DNA of 64,000 nt. Source: Nitrospirales bacterium. GTDB taxonomy: Bacteria > Nitrospirota > Nitrospiria > Nitrospirales > UBA8639. The stretch lies in contig CBDBCZ010000014.1 of NCBI GenBank assembly GCA_965203295.1, positions 896,001-960,000 on the forward strand, read 5' to 3'. Under the pieces are notes generated by a model. The model ran no database searches. It saw nothing but the letters and a program-made list of their open reading frames with translations, and was not told the origin of the DNA. Positions 26,391 through 38,000 of this stretch are shown here, one piece after another; position 1 is the first letter of the stretch; every line of letters begins with the position of its first letter. The translations under genes were made by a program, and so were the position numbers.

Positions 26391-27349
26391 TGAACTCTCC
26401 TTTAGGTGTGGATTATCGTAGACACGCCATGGTTAAAGTTGAAAGAGGGCTGGTTCAAGCAGGTTCTGAGAAGATGAAGTACCCTGTGAGCATCAAAACT
26501 TGAATGCTGCTCAGACTGATATATACCCACAGTTCAGCTTCTCACAATTTGCCCTAACCCATATGATTGTACTTGATGATCCACAGGATAGTCTCAATGT
26601 GGTTCACATCCAATATATGAACATGAGCATTTATCTGACAGTCATGTAATAGTTTAGCTAGCTAACCCGAACTGGTACCCACCTAGCATCGCTCTATGGC
26701 ATGCTATTACACAGCAATCTCCTGGCACTAGATCATACATGACGCACCTGGCTGTAGTACACCAGTCGTTAAAACATAGGCAACTGTACAGCCAACAAAG
26801 CACACTGGAAGTGTGTAGGAATACCTAGACCCACTTCTCCCGTCGAGATACTGCAGGAAATCCCATAGACTGTAGTAGGTGGGGATAGCTAGCCTCGTTC
26901 CCAGGCCTCCGCACAGCTTTGTTGCCAAAGAGTGACGTGTACTTTTTATGGAGTTGTAAGTTAGCAGCAGGTACGGTGGCCAGGAATAATACAAGCTTTT
27001 GATGGCAAGACATCCATGGCATGATCCGTTAATATCAAGACTGTAGTACTCTCTATAAAATAATATACTCCATTTGCTTGCTATAATATACATGTTCAGT
27101 ATTGAATATTACCGTCGAACAGACGTTGCATGCTGCTTATCTAACCAGTTTTAAATTACCACATGCTAGCTCACAGATGCCATGATTAGCCCTTGAATGC
27201 AGGACTTATTCATGGCTTGCTGACTTACATTTATATCAGCTATACATTAAGAATTGGCTGGGCCTTTAGCATAGATCAATCCCAGGTAATGAGCCCAACC
27301 TTTTCCCAGAGAATACAGTGCCTTCCGTACGTAGCTGCCGTGCACTCAT

Positions 27350-27460
27350 ACCCGCGGCGGTACCAGCCCTTGCCCGCGGCGGTACCCGCCCCTGCCCGCG
27401 GCGGTACCCGCCCATGCCCCGGCTGCGGTACCCGCCCATGCCTGCTGTGCCCGCGGCGGG
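27350..27460. repeat. GC-rich 21-bp tandem repeat (GCGGCGGTACCCGCCCATGCC)
   Basis: About 5 copies in a CpG-rich stretch upstream of the transposase relic. Confidence 0.85.
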
Positions 27461-28014
27461 TGAACCTTCTCGGCCACCGTACAAAACAGCAAGGGTTTAT
27501 TTGGGGAGGGTGCATGTGAAACATTCCCGCTCTCCCCCACCGCTGGAATAACTTACAGCGCTCATTGTGCACGACATCGCCTGCCTTTCAGTTTTCTTGA
27601 TGACGCACATCATAACAAGCTTGCTATTTATAGTAAATAGCCTATAATGACTACCGTAATATAGCTTACGTATAATGACTACTTCACGGACCATAGTCGT
27701 GTGCATGATAAATCAATGGATCCGTTGGTCCGGTCCGTAGTCGTCCGGTCCATATTATAGTCACATCTAACGCTCCGGAAAATGACGTCATCAAGAGGCG
27801 GGGCTCGATTTGCAGCGTTGCTAATTGGTTTGATTTGCATAGTTTTCTGTGTATTTCGGTGCCCTGAAGAAGGCAACGCAGTTGGTGGAAACGTTGGCAA
27901 AAGGAAAGTTTTTAGTTTATCAATGGCCGGAGAAGTGGAATAATTCGTAATTCACGGATAGCCAGCCAACCAAGAAACCTTCAATCGGTGACATAGTGCT
28001 TCCTCCTCTCAGGA

Positions 28015-29230
28015 GCTATTTTGGCAACAGCAAAAGGCACCAGCATCGAGGGGTGATTCCCAGGGCATGCGCTGGCACCCTCTCATGTTTAGATGGCACT
28101 TGTACATCCATCATCGTTCCGTAAGGGTACTTTAATGATACAGTCGGCAGTATTGTCTTTTCTTAATATTAACACACCTTGCATGACTACGTATTAGTTA
28201 AACCACGCCACCAAGGGCTGTATGGGATTTATAGCGCACGAGTGCAATAACTAATTAGGGCCCGAGGGCGAAGCCCGAGGGCTCTAATTAGTTATTGCAC
28301 GAGTGCGCTATCAAATCCCATACAGCCTGCGGGTGGCGTGGTTTAACAGATTTGTAGCCCTATGGCTTCCAGTGCATGCGCAGCTTACCATCAGTGGCTT
28401 CCTTCAAGTGTGCAGCTGCAACCACAGGGCAATATCATGTTATTGCCCTGCTCTGTGGTAAGCCACAGGGCAATAACCTGTTATTGCCCTGCTCTGGGGT
28501 TACTACAGAGCGTTATGGCATATATTGCCCAGTCGGTGCCTTTGATAGTATGGCTTCAAGGGCTACAAATGCATTTATGCCATTGCAAGTCCTGAGAAAG
28601 TCAACGACATGCTGGTTGAAGCTGCTGAGGTGAAGGGCTGTCCCGAGCGCATCAAGTATGCTTAGCTGATTCTGGATGAGATGCATGTACGCGAAGACCT
28701 TGTTTATTACAAACACACTGGTGAACTTATTGGTTTCACCAACCTTGGCGACATCAATGATCACCTGGGTACATACGAAATAGCTCTCAGTGGTGGTGTA
28801 CAACCACTGTTTTTGGCGATATCTGTGGTAGTTTTCATGTTGTTGGGACTGTTCAGCAAGTTTTAGGTCCCCTGTCCTTAGATCCCATGCAGTACTCTGA
28901 CAGAAGAGAAGCTGTACACTCCATTCTGGGATGCTGTGGGCAGAATTGAAAGTCGTGGCCTGAAGGTTAGTACATTAACGCATCTTTGCATATATATAGC
29001 AGTTCACAGTTTATGCTTATCTATTCATGTATTAGGAGCTACTTTAGATGGCAACTCTGTGAATCGTGTGCTCATGAAGTTGCATAGTGCTGGACCTGAA
29101 ATGGTGCACAACGTACCAAGCCCTTTTACCTCGGAAGATAGGCAGCTATTCTGCTTCTCAGACCCACCTCATCTTATGAAGACTTCCAGGAATGCTTGAC
29201 CTTCAGCCAGCAAGAAGTCACTCTGGGTAT
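28015..29230 (+). pseudogene. P-element/THAP9-like DDE transposase relic
   Basis: Motifs FWQQQ..GMRWHPLMFRW, TLHDY, LILDEMHVREDLVY..GELIGFTNLGD, VFMLLGL, TLDGNSVNR and FSDPPHLMKTSRN are typical of THAP9/P transposases. Has in-frame stops, frameshifts and an insertion at ~28191-28570. Confidence 0.9.
28191..28570. mobile_element. Tripartite hairpin element inserted in the transposase: ~150-bp palindrome (28197-28347), 5-bp spacer, IR TTGTAGCCC / GGGCTACAA
   Basis: Apex CCCGAGGGCGAAGCCCGAGGG. Shares GTATGGGATTT/AAATCCCATAC with the 9732 palindrome and interrupts the transposase just after TLHDY. Confidence 0.85.
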
Positions 29231-29624
29231 GTATGTGGACCGTAGTGAAGAGCCTTGTTCCCCAGTGTGGCTGGGGAATATGCTACATAGTGCATAGCAA
29301 TACCCGGTGCAGTGAGAAGAGCATCTCGTGGCACCACAAAAGTGCTCTTCGTGAGGAAGACAGGAGATCCTCTGACATACTTTTGACTCAAAGAGGGGGA
29401 TGGGCGAATAATACATCATGGGAGGATAATACGTAGTTTACGATAATATCTCTACCCTCTACCGGTGGCCTGATCATGAAGGTACGTGATGAGAGGTGTC
29501 TGCATTAGGAGGCGCTTTGGCTAGATTATATGGAGGTGGGTCTGCTACATTTCTAGATCCGTGCATACAAATATTCTAGTGTGCAAGCCCTCTAATTAGA
29601 ATGCTGCTTCCAGCAAGAGAAGCA

Positions 29625-30170
29625 GTATATACACAGGTATACAGAGGTATACCAGGGTATACCTGCGTATACCTGTGTATACTTGTGTACACCAGTGTAT
29701 ACCTACGTATACCTGTGTGTACCCGTTTATACTTGTGTATACCTGTGCGTGCTTGTGTATACCCGTCTGTACCTGTATATACTCATGTATACCACAGTAT
29801 ACCTGTGTATAATTGTGTATTTTTATGTTTACCCGTTTATGCCCGTGCATACCCGGGTATACCTGTATACCTGTGTATTCTTGTGTATACCCGTGTTTGT
29901 CCGTGTACTATGTATACTTGTGTATACCCGTGTATACTTGTGTATACCCGTGTATACTTGTGTATACCCGTGTTTACCTGTGTATACTCCTGTGTATACA
30001 TGTGTATACCCATGTAAACTTGTGTGTACTTGTGTATACTTGTGTATACTTCTTTATAATTGTGTATACCACGTGTATACATGATGCATACGTGTTGATA
30101 CCCGTGTATACTTGTGTTTAACTGTGTTTACTCGTGCATAGTACCTGTGTATACATATGCATACGTGTTT
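29625..30170 (+). repeat. Block of the GTGTATAC-based 10-bp satellite
   Basis: TATACTTGTG/TATACCTGTG/TATACCCGTG decamers; short opposite-orientation start at 29625-29655. Confidence 0.9.
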
Positions 30171-30179
30171 ATGCCTAGC

Positions 30180-32054
30180 AACCGGATGCACAAGTCGTCA
30201 CCGTTTCTTAGTGTATCCATGCAGCAATCCTATTCAATAAGTATGACGTCAAGTTTGCTATGCGTATTCAATGCAACACGAATGCGATTTGGTTGCCAGC
30301 CAGTTTGAATCGCTATTAGCAAACTGTAGCTAACTATGTCATTGGCTATACCTAGCGAATTTTGTCTCGGTTTAGACTTTCGTTGTTGCAAGAATTTTGG
30401 TGATAAGGCTCCAGATTACACGCCAATGCGTGCTGCTACAGTCAGTGGCCCGAGTGTGATGATCGATCGTGATTATATGGCCGACTTTTTACCCCCAAAG
30501 AAGCAACCCAAGTTAGCTGAGAAAGAGAATCAGCACACAAGCGAGGATTCTGTGAAGCTACGTGGCAAAGTGAGCTTGTCACTTATAAAAAGTGAAGGGT
30601 AAGAGGAAGTCAAAAATCGTTTTGTCGATACATCATGTGGAAAAGCTTACCAATTAATCAAAGGGATATGTACCTCAGTACACAGAGAAGATCACGCAGT
30701 GGGCCGTGCGAGTTTTTGAGCAGTGGCAAGTGGCTAGATGTGTTTGGAGAAATCCCGTTCTCGATGAACTACTTCAAGCACCCTGTGATATTGGTACACT
30801 TTTCCACGGGTTATCCCTTTTTGTAAGTGAGGTCAGAAAGGCTCACGGTTCTTTGTATCCACCGAAGAGCAATTATCAGCTTTTGTGCGGTATTTTGCGT
30901 TACATGAAGCAGAGAGACCCATTTACCCCAAACTTTCTCGGGGCAAGATGGCCGTTTTAGCGAGCTTCACAGCACATGTGAGTCTGTGTTCAGGCAGCTG
31001 CGAGAGAAGGGTGTTGGAGCTAATTAGCCCTAACAAAACTGCTTCTACTTCCAAGGAAGAAGAAAACATGCTTTGGGATAAAAAGATACTCGGCACTTCA
31101 AATCCACTGATGTTGCAAAGAGCTGTGATTTTTTTCTGTTGGGAAGGTGTTTTGTTTACGGGGAGGTGAAGACCAGTGCAAATTAAAGCCTAGCCAGTTG
31201 ATTCGTAAGAGCAACCCCGATTGGTACGTGTACGTGGAAACAAGAAGCAAGAATCAAACTGGTGGTTTGAAGCAGCTAGACGCTGAGAATAAAGTTGTCC
31301 ATGGTTATGCTTCACCAGCTGATGGGGAGCGGTGCTTGGTTTACCTTCTTTATTTCTACCTTAATAATTACCGCCAATTGCGTTTGAAAAAGATATTCTG
31401 TATATGCAACCAAAGAATCAGGTTCCTGATGATCCAGCACCATCATGATATAATTGTTAGCCAGTTGGAAAACACAAGTTGAATGGTATGGTTGCAGCAA
31501 TGTTTGAAGGAGCTGGTGGGCAGGAGCGTAAAACAAACCACTTGCTACGAGTAACTGGAGCTACTGCATTGTACACTGGGGAGGTTCCAGAAAGGGAAAT
31601 ACAGCAGAGAACAGGGCATAGATCACTATGAACGTACCAGTGAACAACAGCAATAGGCTATTTCACACATGCTCGTTTTGCCTGCAGAGTAGTCATACAC
31701 TGATAGTCTTGTACCTGCTCAGTCTAGGCCATTATCAAAAGTTCATTAGTCATCGGTTAAGTCACAAACCCATGTATCATCACATGTATGTGTACCACCA
31801 AATTTCAACCTTCAGAGCTTGTTTTTGGCATCTATTGGTGGAACAATCAATATTTGCCCACAGGGTAACCTAGTTACAAATGTTGTAAACACCCCTTCAT
31901 CCTTCCCTTCATCTATGTATAAGGATTGTGAAGAGGTTGACCAGCTTGTAGAAGATGCTTGATTTGATTGAGTGTTTGTATCTTGTGAACTTTTGCACTT
32001 GCATGGCATGGGGTTTATCTAGATAAACCCTAGACAGCTGGGGTTTATAGTATA
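30180..32054 (+). mobile_element. Crypton-type tyrosine-recombinase (DUF3504, ZMYM/KCTD1/QRICH1-related) element, pseudogenised (coding ~30336-31920)
   Basis: YQLLCGILRYMK, EEENMLWDKKILGTSNPLMLQRAVIF, FCLRGGE, YVYVETRSKN, RCLV, KTNHLLRVTGATALY..VPEREIQQRTGHRSL give the catalytic R, K, HxxR and GH pattern. Many frameshifts and stops. Confidence 0.9.
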
Positions 32055-35000
32055 CATGTGCATGCGACACTTTTGAACCGCCCACGCTGTGGGATACTAC
32101 TGTGTATACCTCTTTATACATGTATATATACTTGTGTATACCTGTGTATACATGTGCATACGTGTGTTTGCCTGCGTATACTTGTGTATACCTGTGTTTA
32201 CTTGTGCATACGTGTGTGTACCCGCATATACTTGAGCGTACCTGTGTTTACTCGTGTACACAATTGTAGATACATGTGTATATCTCTTTATACCTGTGTG
32301 TACTTGTGTATGCTTGTGTATACATGTTCATACGTGTGTATACCTACGTATACTTGTGCGTACCTGTATTTACTCGTGTATACAAATGTATATACCCGTG
32401 TATACTTCCTTATACCTGTGTATACTTGTGTATAACTGTGTATACGTGTGCATATGTCTGTATACCCACATTTCCTTGTGTATACCTGTGTTTACTCATG
32501 TAGATATCTGTGAATACCTCTTTATACCTTTATATACTTTTGTATACCTGTGAATACATGTGTGCACTTGTGTTTACTTGTGTAAACACGTGTAAACACG
32601 TGTATACTTGTGTATACTTGTGTATACCTGTGCAACATGTGTATGGACGTGTAAACTTGTGTAAACTTGTGTATACTTGTGTATACCCGTGTAATCTTGT
32701 GTATACTTTGTATACCTGTGCATACTTGTGTATTTTAGCGTATAATTATGTATACTCGTGTATGCTCGTATATACCCATGTATACTTCTGTTAACCTGTG
32801 TATACTTGTGCATATTTGTGTATACCCTTGTTTGCTGATGTAGGCATACCTGTGTATACTTGTCCATATTTGTGTATACCCTTGTTTGTTGGTGTATGCA
32901 TAACTGTGTATACTTGTGTATACACATGTATAATTGTGTATACTTGTGTAAAGCCGTGTTTAATGGTGAATTTTATCTATGTATAGTTGTTTACCCGTGT
33001 ATACTTTTGTATTCCCGTGTATACATCTGTATTCCTGTGTATACTTGTGTATACCCATGTATATACTTAATTACGTCGTTTTTACTTGTGTATGCTTGTG
33101 TAAACACGTGTACTTGTGTATACTGCCTTCTCTTTTATTCTTTCAGGAGATGGTAGTTCATGACTGGCCCATTTTTATGGTTCGCTGGCATCACCAGAAG
33201 GGTCATAAACTCAGTGATGTGTGTGTCATGAATTTGGAACACTAGCATCCAAAGTATCAGGATAACAGCTCATATCTGGGGATAAAAGTATGTTAACAAA
33301 GGATAGGTAATGTAGATACCCTTGTATATATCTTTATACCAGTTCATATAGTGTATACCTGTTTATACATTTGCATACGTGTGTAAACCCGCGCATACTT
33401 CGGAATACCTGCGATTACTCCAGTATATAAATGTATATACTTTATACCTGTGTATACTTGTGTATACGAGTGCATACGTGTGTATACCCGTGTGTACTTG
33501 AGTATACCTGTATTTACTAGTGTATACAAATGTAAATACCCATTTATGCCTCTTTATACCTTTGTATACTTGTGTATGCCTTGTATACATGTGCACACGT
33601 GTGTATACCTGTTTTTACTTGTGTATACCTGTGTTTACTAGTGTATAAAACTGTAAATACCGTGTATGTTTTTGTATACCTGTGTATACATGTGCATACG
33701 TGTGCATACGTGTGCATACCCACGTATACTTGTGTATGCATGTTTACTCGTGTATACAAAATGTAGATACCCATGTGTACCCTTTTTATGCCTGTGTATA
33801 CTTGTGTATACCAGTGTATACATGTGTTATACGCGTGTATATCCTTGTGTATTCTCGTGTGTTCATGTGGATGTGTGCTTATACCCGCGTATGCTTGTGC
33901 ATACCTGTTTAAACGTTTATACACATGTAGATACCCGTGTAAGCCTGTGTGTACCGCTTATACCTGTGTATACATGTAAATACGCACGTATACTTGTGTA
34001 TACCAGTTTATGAGACTGTACCTGTTTATACACACTTATGCTTGTGTATACTGGATTTTACTCGTGTATAGTTGTGTATACCTATTTGTATACCTCTGTA
34101 TACCTGTCTATTCTTGTGTATACTTGTGTATAGCCGTGTATACCAGTGAATACTTGTTTACCTGTGTATGGTTGTGTCTACCACGGTATACTTGTGTATA
34201 CATGTATTTACTTGTGTATACAAATGTAGATACCCGTATATACCTGTTTATACCTGTGTGTACTTGTGCATACCTGTGTATACATCTGCACCCGTGCGTA
34301 TACCCACGTATACTTGTGTATACCTGTGTTAACTTGTGTATACAACTTTAGATACCCGTGTGTACCTCTTTATACTTGTGTATACTTGTTTGTGCCTGTG
34401 TATACATATTGTGTATACCTGTGTATACTTGTGTATGTCTGTGTTTACTCGAGTATACAAATGTAGATATCCGTGAATACCTCTTTATGCCTTTGTATAC
34501 TTCCGTATACCTGTGTATACATGTGTGTACTTGTGTTTACTTGTGTAAACACGTGTAAACACGTGTATACTTGTGTATACTTGTATATACCTGTGCATAC
34601 ATGTGTATAGACGTGTAAACTTGTGTAAACTTGTGTATACTTGTGTATACCCGTGTAATCTTGTGTATACTTGTGTATACCTGGTTTAAACCTGTATGAG
34701 CCTTTGTATACCTGTGCATACTTGTGTATTTCATCATATAATTGTGTATACTTGTGTATGCTCGTATACACCCATGTATACTTCTGTTAACCTGTGTATA
34801 CTTGTGCATATTTGTGTATACCCGTGTTTGCTGATGTAGGCATACCTGTGTATACTTGTCTATATTTGTGTATACCCTTGTTTGTTGGTGTATGCATAAC
34901 TGTGTATATTTGTATATACACATGTATAATGTGTATACTTGTGTAAAGCCGTGTTTAATGGTGAATTTCATCTATGTATAGTTGTTTACCCGTGTATACT

Positions 35001-38000
35001 TTTGTATTACCATGTATACATCTGTATTCCTGTGTATGCTTGTGTATACCCGTGTATATACTTAATAAGTCGTTTTTACTTGTGTATGCTTGTGTAAACA
35101 CGTGTACTTGTGTATACTGCCTTCTCTTTTATTCCTTCAGGAGATGGTAGTTCATGACTGGCTGATTTCTATGGCTCGCTGGCAACACCGGAAGGGCCAT
35201 ACACTCAGTGATGAGTGTGTCATGAATTTGGAACACTAGCATCCAAAGTATCAGGATAACAGCTCATATCTGGGGATAAAAGTATGTTAACAAAGGATAG
35301 GTAATGTAGATACCCTTGTATATATCTTTATACCGGTTCATATAGTGTATACCTGTTTATACATTGCATACGTGTGTAAACCCGCGTATACTTTGGAATA
35401 CCTATGATTACTCTGGTATATAAATGTATATACTGTATACCTGTGTATACTTGTGTATACGAGTGCATACGTGTGTATACCCGTGTGTACTTGAGTATAC
35501 CTGTGTTTACTAGTGTATACAAATGTAATACCCATTTATGCCTCTTTATACCTTTGTATACTTGTGTATGCCTTGTATACATGCGCACACGTGTGTATAC
35601 CTGTTTTTACTTGTGTATACATGTGTTTATTAGTGTATAAAACTGTAAATAACGTGTATGTTTTTGTATACCTGTGTATACATGTGCATACGTGTGTATA
35701 CATGTGCATACGTGTGCATACCCGCGTATACTTGTGTATGGCTGTTTACTCGTGTATATAAAATGTAGATACCAATGTGTACCATTTTTATGCCTGTGTA
35801 TACTTGTATATACTAGTGTATACATGAGTATACGCGTGTATATCCTTGTGTATTCTCGTGTGTTCATGTGGATGTGTGTTTATACCCGCGTATACTTGTG
35901 CATACCTGTTTAAACGTTTATACACATGTAGATACCCGTGTAAGCCTGTGTGTACCTGCGTATACCTGTGTATACATGTAAATACACACATATTCTTGTG
36001 TATACCTGTTTATGAGACTGTACCTGTTTATACACACTTACGCTTGTGTATACTTGGTTTTACTCGTGTATAGTTGTGTATACCTATTTGTATACCTCTG
36101 CATACCTGTCTATTCTTGTGTACACTTGTGTATAGCCATTTATACCAGTGAATACTTGTTTACCTGTGATATGGTTGTCTACCACGGTATACTTGAGTAT
36201 ACACGTGTATACTTTTGTATATAAATGTAGATACCCGAGTATACCTCTTTATACTAGTGTATACTTGTGTTTACCTATGTTTACTTGTGTATACAAGTGT
36301 AAGTACCCGTATATACTAGTTTATACCTGTGTGTACTTATGCATACCTGTGTATACTTCTGCACTCGTGCGTATACCCACGTATACCTGTGTATACCTGC
36401 GTTAACTCGTGTATACAAATTTAGGTACCCGTGTGTACCTCTTTTTACTTGTGTATACTTGTTTGTGCCTGTGTATACATGTGCATATTGTGTATACCTG
36501 CGTATACTTGTGGTTGCCTGGGTTTACTCGAGTATACAAATGTAGATATTCATGAATACCTCTTTATGCCTTTGTATACTTCCGTATACCTGTGTATACA
36601 TGTGTGTACTTGTGTTTACTTGTGTAAACACGTGTATACTTGTGTATACTTGTATATACTTGTGCATACATGTGTATAGAAGTGTAAACTTGTGTAAACT
36701 TGTGTAAACTTGTGTATACCTGTGTAATCTTGTGTATACTTGTGTATACCTGGTTTAAACCTGTATGAGCCTTTGTATACCTGTGCATACTTGTGTATTT
36801 GAGCATATCATTGTGTATACTCGTGTATGCTCGTATATACCCATGTATACTTCTGTTAACCTGTGTATACTTGTGCATATTTGTGTATACCCGTGTTCGC
36901 TGATTAAGGCATACCTGTGTAAACTTGTCTATATTTGTGTATACCCTAGTTTGTTGGTGTATGCATAACTGTGTATACTTGTGTATACACATGTATAATT
37001 GTGTATACTTGTGTAAAGCCGAGTTTAATGGTGAATTTTATCTGTGTATAGTTTTTAGCCGTGTATACTTTTGTATTCCCGTGTATACATCTGTATTCCT
37101 GTGTATGTTTGTTTATACCCATGTATATACTTTATTAGTCGTTTTTACTGTTGTATGCTTGTGTAAACACGTGTATTTGTGTATACTGCCTTCTCTTTTA
37201 TTCTTTTAGGAGATGGTAGTTCATGACTGGCCCATTTTTATGGCTCGCTGGCATCACCAGAAGGGCCATACACTCAGTGATGAGTGTGTCATGAATTTGG
37301 ATAACTAGCATCCAAAGTATCCGGATAACAGCTCATATCTGGAGATAAAAGTATGTTAACAAAGGATAGGTAATGTAAATACCCTTGTATATATCTTTAT
37401 ACCGGTTCATATGGTGTATACCTGTTTATACATTTGCATACGCGTGTAAACCCGCGTATACTTCGTGATTACTCTGGTATATAAATGTATGTACTGTATA
37501 CCTGTGTATTCTTGTGTATACGAGTACTTACGTGTGTATACCCGTGTATACTTCAGTATACCTGTGTTTACTAGTGTATACAAATGTAAATACCCATTGA
37601 TGCCTCTTTATACCTTTTATACTTGTGTATGCCTTGTATACATGCGCACACGTGTGTATACCCGTTGTTACTTGTGTATACCTGTTTACTAGTGTATAAA
37701 ACTAAATACCGTGTATGTTTTTGTATACCTGTGTATACATGTGCATACGTGTGCATACCCGCGTATACTTGTGTATGCCTGTTTACTCGTGTATATAAAA
37801 TTTAGCCTGTGTGTACCTGCGTATACCTGTGTATACATGTAAATACGCACATATACTTGTCTATACCAGTTTATGAGACTGTACCTGTTTATACACACTT
37901 ACGCTTGTTTGTGCATACCTATTTGTATACCTCTGTATACCTGTCTATTCTTGTGTACACTTGTGCATAGCCGTGTATACCAGTGAATACTTGTTTACCT

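Larger units (their letters stand above)
16570..26830 (-). pseudogene. Adhesion GPCR pseudogene (Ig - HormR - GAIN start - 7TM)
   Basis: 7TM exon from 17535: FISDLRVLYGAFMGPILVLV/ILFNSIIFLVVVRIL..LISIFAIMMLFGITWVIGFF..FQFLLAITNSFEGFFIFLFLCALREDVRELWK. GAIN-A-like helical exon 19243-19414; HormR-like Cys/Trp exon ~19445-19705; Ig motifs GMYRCVAEN (~22225-22495), VECHSEG..VTW (25642-25788) and LSCGSSSTIIW (~26560-26600). Stops and frameshifts occur in several exons. Confidence 0.8.

Noticed and set aside
27193..27572. Gly/Arg/Pro-rich ORFs
   Set aside because: Produced by the GC-rich 21-bp tandem repeat being open in several frames.
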